Sequence record: OQ939939
Length of the DNA stretch: 64,000 bases
Source of the DNA: Escherichia phage SUT_E1620
Direction: 5' to 3' (one strand)
Shown: piece after piece, positions 50,701-59,451 of the stretch
Layout: every line of letters begins with the position of its first letter
How positions within the stretch are numbered: position 1 is the first letter of the stretch
Notes under the pieces: generated by a model
Told to the model about the DNA's origin: nothing
Database searches by the model: none
What the model saw: the letters and a program-made list of their open reading frames with translations, nothing else
Program-made: the position numbers and the translations under genes

Positions 50701-50915
50701 TCGCACAGGATGTTCAAACTGTACTACCGGAAGCTGTATATAAAATAGCTAACTCAGATCTTCTCGGTGTTAATTACTCTGGTGTTACCGCATTATTGGC
50801 TAACGCAGTAAAAGAGATGTTGGCGGATGCGGAGGCTCAGGAAGCTCGTATCAGTAATCTAGAGGAAGAACTGGCAGAGTTAAAAGCTCTAGTAGCCACT
50901 CTGGTAAATAAGTAA
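47700..50915 (+). CDS. ltfA: L-shaped tail fibre A with C-terminal intramolecular chaperone domain
   Basis: 1071 aa; N-terminal Ala/Ser/Glu-rich repeats; two GGTGA...ARxNLGL motifs; C-terminal S74-like chaperone segment. Confidence 0.75.
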   Translation: MALKTKIIVQQILNIDDTTTTASKYPKYTVVLGNSISSITAGELTAAVEAAAESAAAAKDSEIAAKDSENKAKDSEIQAGIHAGASEASATQSAASAAESERQANLSQGSAENSAASALESKNFKDASELAAQNAEQSKILAEQAQRAAEAAQSGAQASENKASAFATQAAASSASAGDFAAAAKQSELNAKTSETNAATSEVEAETQAETATTEANRAKAEADRAAQIVDSKLDKEDISGFIKVYKTKEEADADVSSRVLGEKILVWNQTDSKYGWYKVAGTAEAPVLELVETEQKLVSINNVRADDAGNVQITLPGGNPSLWLGEVTWFPYDKDSGVGYPGVLPADGREVLRVDYPDTWEAIEAGLIPSVTEEQWQAGATLYFSTGNGTTTFRLPDMMQGQAFRAAAKGEENAGNIKEQIPYITMINGKAPADDGTITLGNAADKNVWNGVDGEVLLRGAFGLGGTGLILNEPDAVSFFKAMRAFGSGYYRNDSESNPVIPKYSAGFYSKTADTHTFICSAYGNGVTFVATINDALLDGENPTVHTNILYGTANKPDLNTDTQGVLGVEKGGTGATTQKGARLNLDTPVGSRAIGMPNNSDVLAFMKSSAESGYYSSGNIVTGVPETAGWYMFDLHVHGKNAAGEMEYGNVYCTTSAGAIWYTLMEVGVWQPWRRLTTEHGIIPITSGGTGTNNANDARINLGLGPINAPTFSGMTLQGTNETTSGIAVFSNRNTEGTQLSYSRMYHEIQSGVGKTTIQTTREGGATNYFQIDEYGNIGNINSIIAYGYMGLGAANAMGNASIAIGDSDSGLKWNSDGNISTIADGVKIATWTPHGFYTHKIISSDVANTERGMYVNGVRTTGASALVAGVVEAGSHVGWRDRASGMLVELNTRGAAANIWKATRWGDQHAGASDIVIYDDGSPYYRTLVGGGEFGFNGLGQATCTSWISTSDIRLKAQLKEIVSAKDKVKSLQGYTYFKRNSLVEDEHSFYCEEAGLIAQDVQTVLPEAVYKIANSDLLGVNYSGVTALLANAVKEMLADAEAQEARISNLEEELAELKALVATLVNK

Positions 50916-50958
50916 GAGTATAGGGGAGTAATTCTCCCCTATTTACTAAGGAAATACT

Positions 50959-53253
50959 ATGTCACGTAATTTAATGCCTAAATCTGGCGCAATGGCGCCA
51001 TACATTGTAGTTAATAGAGACGCTGCTGTTGCTGGTGTTTTCTCTATTGACGGAGAAGCTGGCGCTGTTGTACTTACTTCTAAGTACTTACAAATCTCTA
51101 AATATAATTTAGATCAGCAAGCTCTAGCTACTCGTCTTACTGGAATAGATAGCTCTATTCAAAGTAATACTGAAGCTATTGGAAATATTAATACTGCAAT
51201 TGGTAGTATTAATAGTAGTCTAAGTGCCAAAGCGGCTAAGGGTGCTAATAATGATATTACAGAATTAAATGCACTTACTAAGGCTATTACTGTATCTCAA
51301 GGTGGTACAGGTGCTACTTCTCCAGATGGAGCACGTTTAGCACTAGAATTAAATCATCTCACTAAGTCAACAGATGTCTCATATATGGGATCTCCTGATG
51401 GTTCAAAGTTACTTTATATTAGTAATGAGGGGGCTTGGGGAGTTACTGCTGAGGGTGGTGGCACTAACTATGCACTACCTATTACTCAAGGTGGTACAGG
51501 TGCTTTAAGTGCAGCAGAGGCACTAGTTAAGCTAATGGATGGTAAACCATTACCATTAGCTGCAGATGGGCAAGCTCCTTATGATGCTGTAACTGTAAGG
51601 CAACTATCTAATATTTCTGGTGGCGGAAATGCTAGCATGAGTGGAGTTATGAATAACTTCATAGGTGCTGTTGAGTGGTTTAATGGTAACCGTACTAAGC
51701 TACCTGCCGGCTATATACCAGCAGACGGTCAATTAGAAAGCCGTACCGATCCTAAGACTAGGGATCTATGGGCGGCAGTTTCAGGTGGATTATTCGTAAG
51801 TGTTAGTGATACAGAGTGGATAACTAACTCCTACGGTCAGGATTACCAAAAAACAGGGAATAGAGGTGCATATTCTACAGGAGATGGCTCTACTAACTTC
51901 CGTGTACCTGATTTAAACGGCGTTAGAAGAAATGGGGATACTATGGATGGAATTCCTTTTGCAGGATATGATACCCCTTATGCAGCATTCCTTCGTGGTG
52001 ACGGTGGTGGTAGTATTAATGGAGTATTTGCCTCTGGGGCGCTAAATATGAGTGCTGCCCCTAATATAATAGGTAACTTTTCTGTAAGAGTACCAAATAA
52101 CCATGGAATGTACGCTACTGGTATTTTCTCGGGTATAAATCATACAGGATGGCCTGATGCTCCAGATGCTAGTTATTCTGGAGGAAGTGGAACAGCGGAT
52201 TTTGTAGATACTCAGAAGTATGGATATTCTCTAAATGCTGCAGCAGGTAGCCCAGTATATGGAAGAGATGGTACATCAGAGGTACGCCCTACTGCTGTTA
52301 CTGGTCTTTGGATTATCCGTGCTAACGGTTCTTTTAACGCTGCTGGTTCACAGTATCATGTTATTAATGGAGACTCTACACGCCCTGCTGATGGAACTAC
52401 TACTTATGGTGGCTTTGCGTATAGTGACTACAGAATAGGGGAAACAGTTAATCACTCAGCTTTAATAGTAAGTGCCAAAAGATTTGGTAATCCTTATAGT
52501 GTTGCTGTTCTTCAGTCCTATAATGATGAGACAGGGGATCTTGCCAACCTAGAGGTACAATCTAATGGTGTTGTTAACTTACCTACTTCGATTAATAATA
52601 AATCCTGGATACAAGCTTTTGGTGCCAACGGCCTGCATTTAGATGCTGCTACTACTGCTCAAGATCTACATACTATGCCTGGTGGAGGTTGTGGTGTATC
52701 TCAAGCAGAGAGAAATGCTATCGAGTTGAATAATAACCCAGGTGCTGTAGGTTCTGGTGGTTATGTTAACTGGCTGCAAGGATGGTGGTATGACGATAGG
52801 TTCCAGTTCGGTGCTATTCGTAGTGGTTCTACTGTATTGGATGCTGTAGCCTTATCTACATATTCTAATGCATTGGGGTTAAAACAGTGGTTCTTTAGGG
52901 CTAATGATGGTAGGATTGCTTCCACTGCAGGTACTATTGCTATTGAAGGTTCAGATATCAAACTTAAGGAGAATATAGTTAGAGCACCAGAAGGGGCCTT
53001 AGATAGAATAACTAAAATCACCCCTAGAGAGTTTGACTGGAAAGCTGGAGGTAGGCATGATAGAGGATATATTGCTCAGGAATTACGTGATGTAGATCCT
53101 ACCTATGTATATTCATCAACTGTTGGGGAAGGAGAAGAGGTATTAAACGTTAGTACATCTGCTTTGATTTCTGACTTAATAGCTGCTGTTACAACTCTTA
53201 AACAAGAGTTGGATTCTGCCAAATTAGAAATTAAAAAGCTAAAAGCTAAATAA
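50959..53253 (+). CDS. ltfB: L-shaped tail fibre B with C-terminal intramolecular chaperone domain
   Basis: 764 aa; two QGGTGA motifs; C-terminal chaperone-like segment ending in a coiled coil. Confidence 0.75.
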   Translation: MSRNLMPKSGAMAPYIVVNRDAAVAGVFSIDGEAGAVVLTSKYLQISKYNLDQQALATRLTGIDSSIQSNTEAIGNINTAIGSINSSLSAKAAKGANNDITELNALTKAITVSQGGTGATSPDGARLALELNHLTKSTDVSYMGSPDGSKLLYISNEGAWGVTAEGGGTNYALPITQGGTGALSAAEALVKLMDGKPLPLAADGQAPYDAVTVRQLSNISGGGNASMSGVMNNFIGAVEWFNGNRTKLPAGYIPADGQLESRTDPKTRDLWAAVSGGLFVSVSDTEWITNSYGQDYQKTGNRGAYSTGDGSTNFRVPDLNGVRRNGDTMDGIPFAGYDTPYAAFLRGDGGGSINGVFASGALNMSAAPNIIGNFSVRVPNNHGMYATGIFSGINHTGWPDAPDASYSGGSGTADFVDTQKYGYSLNAAAGSPVYGRDGTSEVRPTAVTGLWIIRANGSFNAAGSQYHVINGDSTRPADGTTTYGGFAYSDYRIGETVNHSALIVSAKRFGNPYSVAVLQSYNDETGDLANLEVQSNGVVNLPTSINNKSWIQAFGANGLHLDAATTAQDLHTMPGGGCGVSQAERNAIELNNNPGAVGSGGYVNWLQGWWYDDRFQFGAIRSGSTVLDAVALSTYSNALGLKQWFFRANDGRIASTAGTIAIEGSDIKLKENIVRAPEGALDRITKITPREFDWKAGGRHDRGYIAQELRDVDPTYVYSSTVGEGEEVLNVSTSALISDLIAAVTTLKQELDSAKLEIKKLKAK

Positions 53254-53260
53254 AATAAAA

Positions 53261-53289
53261 CCCCAGTGGACAATCCACTGGGGTTTTTT
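53261..53289. terminator. bidirectional rho-independent terminator
   Basis: CCCCAGTGGA-CAA-TCCACTGGGG hairpin flanked by an A-run and a T-run, between convergent gene blocks. Confidence 0.65.
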
Positions 53290-53290
53290 A

Positions 53291-53563
53291 TTACTCTTTA
53301 CTGCCTGCGATAATACCTAAGTTATATACGGCAAGCATAGCCCTAAGGGTAGGATCTTGAGACTCAGAACACAGTTTAATAAAACCTTCTTCATCCCATT
53401 GCTCTACATTGCCAAACATATCCACTTTTAATACTACCTTATCAAGGGTAGGGGGTGCTACAATCACATCATAGAAATTCGGGTGTTGATTAACATCAAT
53501 CTCTATTTGATTAGGATCAGCAAAATTATTTACTTCCTGAGCTTCCAAAGCCGCCTTCTCCAC
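53291..53563 (-). CDS. hypothetical protein
   Basis: 90 aa; overlaps the dUTPase start. Confidence 0.35.
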   Translation of the reverse strand: MEKAALEAQEVNNFADPNQIEIDVNQHPNFYDVIVAPPTLDKVVLKVDMFGNVEQWDEEGFIKLCSESQDPTLRAMLAVYNLGIIAGSKE

Positions 53564-53972
53564 GATTAGTCTCCTCTAGTTCGTCAACGATTTCAAAATG
53601 ATGAGTTGAGTAGTGTGGTAGTACCACTAACTGACAAAGTCTCTCGAAATTCTCCAGAGTTTGCATTTCAGAACCATAGTTATAAAGGTTCATCTTAATA
53701 GTACCACGGTAGTCTGAGTCGATCACTCCTGCGGTGTTTGCGATCATTAGTTTACGCTTACCTAAAGAGCTGCGAGGAACTACCAAACCAAACCAACCTC
53801 GCGGAATTTCCACCGCGACACCGGTGTCAATCATAAGGGATTTGCCTGGTGCAATAGCACGTAAATCTGCCGCAAGGTTAGTACCAAAGAATGCACGCAG
53901 ATCCATACCTGCGGCATCATCAGAACCAATCCTCGGCATGCAATCTGGATGAGTTAGTTTAATTTTAATCAT
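53526..53972 (-). CDS. dut: dUTPase
   Basis: 148 aa; AGMDLRA, GVIDSDYRG and C-terminal RGEGGFGSSG motifs. Confidence 0.9.
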   Translation of the reverse strand: MIKIKLTHPDCMPRIGSDDAAGMDLRAFFGTNLAADLRAIAPGKSLMIDTGVAVEIPRGWFGLVVPRSSLGKRKLMIANTAGVIDSDYRGTIKMNLYNYGSEMQTLENFERLCQLVVLPHYSTHHFEIVDELEETNRGEGGFGSSGSK

Positions 53973-54844
53973 TGTCCTGCGATCTCCAAAATATCTTTCG
54001 TAAACTTATCTAATACGTCTTGACCCACAGCAGCAATAGCATCTACACAATAGGTCGGTAAATCAACCAGAATCAGATTTCGGAAAAGCAACTCCTCCGA
54101 TGCGTTCAGATTCTGTATATATTTCTGTTTCCCAGGCAGAGGGAGTTGATCAATAATATCCAGAACATTACCAAATTCACGGATAATATTATAACCACGT
54201 TTTGCACCGATGCCTTCAACACCACGGATGTTATCACCAAGATCTCCCATAATTGCTTTCAGAGAGATAAACTGATCTACATCGTCAACGTTATGATGTT
54301 CATACATATCACGAAGATGGTACTCACGACGTGTGGTGAAGGAGAAGCGAGAAACTCGATCAGTTAATAGAGTATCCCAGTCACCATCAGTAGAGATCAG
54401 CCAAACGTGATCATATAAATGACCAATGAGCTTAACAACATAAGCTGCCATATCGTCTGCTTCTACACCACGAATAGTGAAAGTTGGGAATGTGGTTTCA
54501 CACAACTCGAAAGCATCACGAAGATACTCGAAGAACTGTTCATCTAGTGCTTTCTCTTCTTCTGTACGTTGAGCATACTTTTCATCACGGTTGCCCTTAT
54601 AATCAGGAAGGTGCTCTAAACGGAATACAGACTTTCCTTTATCACCGAGAACGATTGTAGTTCTAGCTGAGTAGGATTTTGCGAGAGATTGAATTGTAGA
54701 AACATAACTTGAAGCGAAGGGTTTCTTACTATTATTATGTTTGAAGCGGAAGCCTAAGTTAGTTCCATCAACAATCATTAGGTTGCGACGAGAAGCCAGC
54801 TCAGCTTCTTCCTCTTCAATAAATTTTCCCCAGGATTTACTCAT
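53969..54844 (-). CDS. flap endonuclease / 5-prime-3-prime exonuclease (D15-like)
   Basis: 291 aa; N-terminal LMIVDGTNLGFR motif typical of FEN/5-prime-nuclease family. Confidence 0.85.
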   Translation of the reverse strand: MSKSWGKFIEEEEAELASRRNLMIVDGTNLGFRFKHNNSKKPFASSYVSTIQSLAKSYSARTTIVLGDKGKSVFRLEHLPDYKGNRDEKYAQRTEEEKALDEQFFEYLRDAFELCETTFPTFTIRGVEADDMAAYVVKLIGHLYDHVWLISTDGDWDTLLTDRVSRFSFTTRREYHLRDMYEHHNVDDVDQFISLKAIMGDLGDNIRGVEGIGAKRGYNIIREFGNVLDIIDQLPLPGKQKYIQNLNASEELLFRNLILVDLPTYCVDAIAAVGQDVLDKFTKDILEIAGQ

Positions 54845-55326
54845 TATTTAATTAAGTCCTCAACAGATGCGTGATGTAACCACGGTTCGAATAACCCGAT
54901 TACGATTTCTATGTCTTTCTTATTTAACACCATATGGGTACGACTCATTAAGTTGTCGACCATAGGGTCTGAGCTATCCAAAGCAATTAACCACTGTCCT
55001 CTGTCTTTCTTGAATATTAAGGCTGGTTTGGAGTTCATCTGTTCACCTTCACGGGAACACTGCTGCCACCACTTCTCTAGAGTGGATTCACCAACGTTAA
55101 ATAAATTACTTGATATGTTATCATCTTTATACCACTTAACTTCGAAGCAGTATTTACTAATGTGTCCGCTTTGTGGTGGAAGGTAGATGTCACCCTTCAG
55201 TCCATGGCTCTGGCCAAAAGCACCAGAACCTGGAACACGTTCCCACTCAAGACCTGTACGTTCACGTAGTATATCTCTTACCTGATATTCCCCACGTTTA
55301 CCTTTCTCTCTACTATCTACGGCCAT
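54844..55326 (-). CDS. PD-(D/E)xK-type nuclease (possible junction resolvase)
   Basis: 160 aa; GSGAFG...GDIY...CFEVKWYKD arrangement resembles the D...E-x-K core. Confidence 0.4.
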   Translation of the reverse strand: MAVDSREKGKRGEYQVRDILRERTGLEWERVPGSGAFGQSHGLKGDIYLPPQSGHISKYCFEVKWYKDDNISSNLFNVGESTLEKWWQQCSREGEQMNSKPALIFKKDRGQWLIALDSSDPMVDNLMSRTHMVLNKKDIEIVIGLFEPWLHHASVEDLIK

Positions 55327-55329
55327 GTT

Positions 55330-57168
55330 TTATTCTAAGTAGGAAAATCCTTCTGCATCTTTTTTAACAGTAATCTTATGGGCTAATGGATGCGTATGCC
55401 CATGAGAAACAATGATAGAATTCAGACTATCTTCCTCATTTAATAATTCAACGAGAGTATCAAGTCCTTTCGTATCAATAAAGCTAATAACTTCGTCAAG
55501 GAACAGAAGATTAATATTAACTTTACTAATAGATGTTAACAGCATTCGAATAGCTAACAGAGTTGCTAGGTTAATTCTACTCTGCTGACCAGTAGAGCAG
55601 TTCTCCATACTGGTACGGTTTCCATCATTGAAGATTACTACTTGTAATTTAGTTTCATCAAGCTCAAATCCAAGTGCGAACTTACCACCAGTCATAATAG
55701 AAAGATATTTATTAATCAATTCCTCAAATACTTTCACACTATGTTCTAGTTTATATCCTACCAGATTTTTCAATGCAGCAATCAGAATATCAAGATCAGC
55801 AACAGCTTCTGATACTCCATCCAGTTTGGACGTTATCTCAGACATTTCTGCCTCAGCTTTTTCAATCTGTTCTAGTTTCGCTTTATACTTTGCATTGGCT
55901 AACTCGACATTTGCATTATGCTCTTTGGCAATTGCAACTTTAGAACGTCCATCAGCGATTTCCTGTTCTAATTGTCGGATTTGCACCTGTAGGATTTGCA
56001 CATTGAGTTCTTCAAAAGAAGCGTCACTCATTGAATTTTTGAACTCGTCTCTAGCTGCTACTGCCTTATCCAAAGCATCCTTAGCTCTAGTATACGCAGT
56101 GTACTCGACTTGTTCTTTCTTCAACTGCTCCAATGTAGCTTCAAGAGATTGTTTCTCTTTGAACAGAGGATCGTATTCTGTTCTAGCCATATCCATTGCT
56201 TTTTGAGCAGCAGTTGTATCAAGATGCGTACCACAAGTAGGACATTCAGTATTTGAAGCCTCTTGCTTAAACTTCTGATAACGTTTCTTGACTTCTCCCG
56301 CACGTGAGGTAACAATCGTTAAGTCACGCGTAACACTTGAGATCTCTTCAGATTGGTCAGTGGGCGCAGGGAAATTTTTGAAAGGCTCGAAAGATTGTTC
56401 GGCAACTTGTACAGCTTTGTCCAAATTACGGAGTTTAGTAATATTAGCCTCTTGTGACTTGGCTAATGCCGCCTTAATTTTCGATTCAGTAAGTTCTTGT
56501 GCTAACGGTTCTTCATCAAATTCTGGAACTTCAACTGGCTCCTGTAAACTTCCGAGATTACCTTTTCCATTGAGGATCTTCGTAATTACGGCCATCTGGC
56601 CTTGCAAGTTACTTAACGTACTTGCCACTTCTTTACGATCAGCCTTAATAGTTTCTGACATCTCTTTATACTGTTCCTGATTGAACAGATTAACAAGAAA
56701 AGCTTTACGTGTTGCATCAGTTGCTTTGAGGAAGTCTAGATTGGAACCAACAGATTGATAGATTAGTTTAGTGAATGTTTGGAAGTCACCACCCATAATC
56801 TCTTCAATCATCTTGTACGTTTGAGTTGCTGTGTGTCCACTGATATCTTCTCCATTCTTAATCAGTGTAACCTTAGCAGTTGATTTAACTACTTTATGCA
56901 ATTCATACTCATCTTCATCTTTCGAGAAGTAAGCATGCATATCATACTCTTTCTTCGGAGAACCCCAAGAGAATAGGGCGTCCTTCTTGATACCACGTGA
57001 GTTCTTGTTATAAAACAATTCCTCAATAACAGTAGCAATAGTGGACTTCCCTAGACCGTTTCCTCCGATTAACTGAGTAACTGGATTCTTATCGAAATGA
57101 ATTACGATATCCTTACCGTAAGACATAACGTTGCTGAATTTTAGTGTCTTAATTATAATCTTTGACAT
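55330..57168 (-). CDS. SbcC/Rad50-like recombination ATPase
   Basis: ATG at 57168 (the track ORF extends to 57243); Walker A GGNGLGKST; central coiled coil; C-terminal LLFLDE. Confidence 0.7.
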   Translation of the reverse strand: MSKIIIKTLKFSNVMSYGKDIVIHFDKNPVTQLIGGNGLGKSTIATVIEELFYNKNSRGIKKDALFSWGSPKKEYDMHAYFSKDEDEYELHKVVKSTAKVTLIKNGEDISGHTATQTYKMIEEIMGGDFQTFTKLIYQSVGSNLDFLKATDATRKAFLVNLFNQEQYKEMSETIKADRKEVASTLSNLQGQMAVITKILNGKGNLGSLQEPVEVPEFDEEPLAQELTESKIKAALAKSQEANITKLRNLDKAVQVAEQSFEPFKNFPAPTDQSEEISSVTRDLTIVTSRAGEVKKRYQKFKQEASNTECPTCGTHLDTTAAQKAMDMARTEYDPLFKEKQSLEATLEQLKKEQVEYTAYTRAKDALDKAVAARDEFKNSMSDASFEELNVQILQVQIRQLEQEIADGRSKVAIAKEHNANVELANAKYKAKLEQIEKAEAEMSEITSKLDGVSEAVADLDILIAALKNLVGYKLEHSVKVFEELINKYLSIMTGGKFALGFELDETKLQVVIFNDGNRTSMENCSTGQQSRINLATLLAIRMLLTSISKVNINLLFLDEVISFIDTKGLDTLVELLNEEDSLNSIIVSHGHTHPLAHKITVKKDAEGFSYLE

Positions 57169-58126
57169 ATTTAGCAGCTCTAGCCAAGATTCTATCAATG
57201 TCGTCTTGAGACAGCTTTTCAACTTCACGGAAGTAAAGCTCAAGCTCGCCTAACATATCAAGATCAACAAGATTTAACTTAGCATCTTTAGTAACTCGAT
57301 GGTTAATCTTTTTATCTAAGAGATCAGAATCTTTAATAGACTTTAACTGAACGACGTCACCAGTGACTTCATAAATTACACGGTCATAGTCACTAGGCTC
57401 CATTTCCTCACCAACTCCGATTGTTTTACGAATCAGTTGTGGTAAGTCACCAAGTTCAATCCATTCTACTTTTAATGTGTCGGTATCAATGATAAAACAA
57501 CCATTTGTACCTTTTGTTCGTTCTCTATGGAACGATGTAGTTAATGGAGATCCTGGATAAAGAAGTCTAGTAGAACCAACAGTTTGACTATTAGTATAAG
57601 AATGTAAATCGCCAGCAATTACAGTGTCATAACAGTTATACCTCGTTAGATCAATCTCTGGTTTTACATGTGGAGGGATTTCACCACGAACATGCGTGAA
57701 ACATAGTTTTGATTCAGATGGTTTCCACTTTGGTTTGTGGATTTCATCATAAGGGATAATATCAAATTCAGGAGAACGATATGGTTTAGTAATGACTTCC
57801 CAATTTCCGTTTGTTACTTTATTAATAACTCCTGCATAATGATACAGACATGAAATAGTTTTAGTTAACATTTCATGGTTCCCAGTGAAGATCTTGCCTG
57901 AATGGTCAAGTCTTGACATGAACTGTTCAAGAAGTTCTATTTCTTCCGACGATGGGTCGGCAACATCAAGAATATCACCACCAGCAATATGCAGATCACA
58001 GTTATGATTATGGAATATGTCATTTAACCGTTCTCCTAGCATCAGGAAGCGACGCTTCTGCCATTCCTTTGGAACTTTATCTTGTCCTAATTTGATATGA
58101 TGATCAGCACTAAATAGTATTCTCAT
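57149..58126 (-). CDS. SbcD/Mre11-like nuclease
   Basis: 325 aa; metallophosphoesterase motifs DHH, GD, GNHE. Confidence 0.75.
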   Translation of the reverse strand: MRILFSADHHIKLGQDKVPKEWQKRRFLMLGERLNDIFHNHNCDLHIAGGDILDVADPSSEEIELLEQFMSRLDHSGKIFTGNHEMLTKTISCLYHYAGVINKVTNGNWEVITKPYRSPEFDIIPYDEIHKPKWKPSESKLCFTHVRGEIPPHVKPEIDLTRYNCYDTVIAGDLHSYTNSQTVGSTRLLYPGSPLTTSFHRERTKGTNGCFIIDTDTLKVEWIELGDLPQLIRKTIGVGEEMEPSDYDRVIYEVTGDVVQLKSIKDSDLLDKKINHRVTKDAKLNLVDLDMLGELELYFREVEKLSQDDIDRILARAAKYVKDYN

Positions 58127-58165
58127 AAGTTAAAAAGAAAGGGAGCCGTAGCTCCCCTTGGTTTA

Positions 58166-58939
58166 TTAGTCGTCCAGATCGCTAGCAGCTTCAGCGTCGA
58201 TGCCTTTCTGAGAACCAGCATCACCACCAGACTTAGCGTCACCGCCGTCTTGCTTCTCACGACCTTCCATGAAGGCGAGAATAGCTTCTTTCTGCTCTTC
58301 ATAGGACGGAACCGGGTAGGTTTCTTCCAGAGAAGGAACTTTTTCGAACTTGATGAACTCACCAGTATCATCACACATAGCTTCACCGAGGATATCAACA
58401 TCAGCGGCGTGCAGTTTAGACTCAGCACTGGTAGGATCTTTCAGTTTCATCTGGAACTGCATTGCTGCGATCTGCTGTACATCGTACTCAGTATCGAAGC
58501 CTTTACCTTTCTTCTCGATAGAAATATCGATATCGAATGGATCTGCCAGTTCAAGCTGCTTCATGATAGACTGGATGCCTTTCAGGATAGTAGCTTTAAC
58601 TTCCATAACTTTCAGTTTGTTATCGGAACGGTCGATAACGAAAGCAATGTAGTTTTTCTTCGGTTTCAGCGGAACACGATTACCATCTTTGTCCAGCTCT
58701 TTCTCGAAGAAGCCCATTTCGTGAATCGGGTCAGCTTTACCGCGAACGAAGCTCTCTTTAGTACGGTTGAAACGCAGACACTCAAACGGAGCTGCATTAC
58801 CATCTTTGTTAGTCAGCCAGTAGACATAACGTGGAAGAACACCAGAAACGATACGAACACGAGTTACACCGTTGTTGAATTTCAGGAAGTCGATTTTATC
58901 GTTAGAACCGCCAGTAGTTTCGCCCCAAGACTTAGCCAT
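58166..58939 (-). CDS. putative DNA-binding protein with acidic C-terminal tail
   Basis: 257 aa; Gly-rich acidic tail ending in DLDD, as seen in SSB-type proteins. Confidence 0.35.
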   Translation of the reverse strand: MAKSWGETTGGSNDKIDFLKFNNGVTRVRIVSGVLPRYVYWLTNKDGNAAPFECLRFNRTKESFVRGKADPIHEMGFFEKELDKDGNRVPLKPKKNYIAFVIDRSDNKLKVMEVKATILKGIQSIMKQLELADPFDIDISIEKKGKGFDTEYDVQQIAAMQFQMKLKDPTSAESKLHAADVDILGEAMCDDTGEFIKFEKVPSLEETYPVPSYEEQKEAILAFMEGREKQDGGDAKSGGDAGSQKGIDAEAASDLDD

Positions 58940-59294
58940 ATTTTATTTCCTCTTTAAAGATTATCTTCGATTTATTGATTGCAATTAGTGGGTTAGTGTC
59001 GATTACAGAACGTGGTATCCATATGGGGACATATTGCATGTCTAAACTCGGATCGTTTGTAAACTTATATTCGGCATAATTTCGTAGACTTAGAATTCCT
59101 AGATATTCTGCCAGTTGTCTATTAGACAATTTGTAAGGGTTATCAACAATAGTTGATTCATTCAAGATGAATGAAGAACCGACCAGTAACTGGTGAGCAT
59201 CAGGCTCTGCAAGCATTCTATTAAATAGCTTGACAATCAGGTCGGAGTTTCCTCTAGCTAAGAGGTAAATTCTCTCGTAATCAAAGAATTTCAT
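58932..59294 (-). CDS. hypothetical protein
   Basis: 120 aa; two T5-type promoters upstream. Confidence 0.35.
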   Translation of the reverse strand: MKFFDYERIYLLARGNSDLIVKLFNRMLAEPDAHQLLVGSSFILNESTIVDNPYKLSNRQLAEYLGILSLRNYAEYKFTNDPSLDMQYVPIWIPRSVIDTNPLIAINKSKIIFKEEIKYG

Positions 59295-59321
59295 TTTTGT
59301 CTCTCATCAATTTATGTATAT

Positions 59322-59352
59322 ATTATACATTAAATAGGGAGGATTTGACAAG
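59322..59352 (-). promoter_or_regulatory. T5-type sigma70 promoter (minus strand)
   Basis: reverse complement reads TTGTCA-18-TATAAT followed by CATAAATTGATGAGAG box. Confidence 0.45.
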
Positions 59353-59422
59353 TACAATTTTTATTTTTCTGCTTCGGACTTTCTTATCAATCCGAAACTT
59401 TCTCTCTCAAATTTATGTGTAT

Positions 59423-59451
59423 ATTATACAATAATTATGAGCAGTTGCCAA
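59423..59451 (-). promoter_or_regulatory. T5-type sigma70 promoter (minus strand)
   Basis: reverse complement reads TTGGCA-17-TATAAT followed by CATAAATTTGAGAGAG box. Confidence 0.45.

Noticed and set aside
55628-56206. 192-aa plus-strand ORF
   Set aside because: Antisense within the SbcC-like gene; low-complexity Ser/Ala-rich product.
58250-58957. 235-aa plus-strand ORF
   Set aside because: Antisense to the better-supported minus-strand gene at 58166-58939; no SD.
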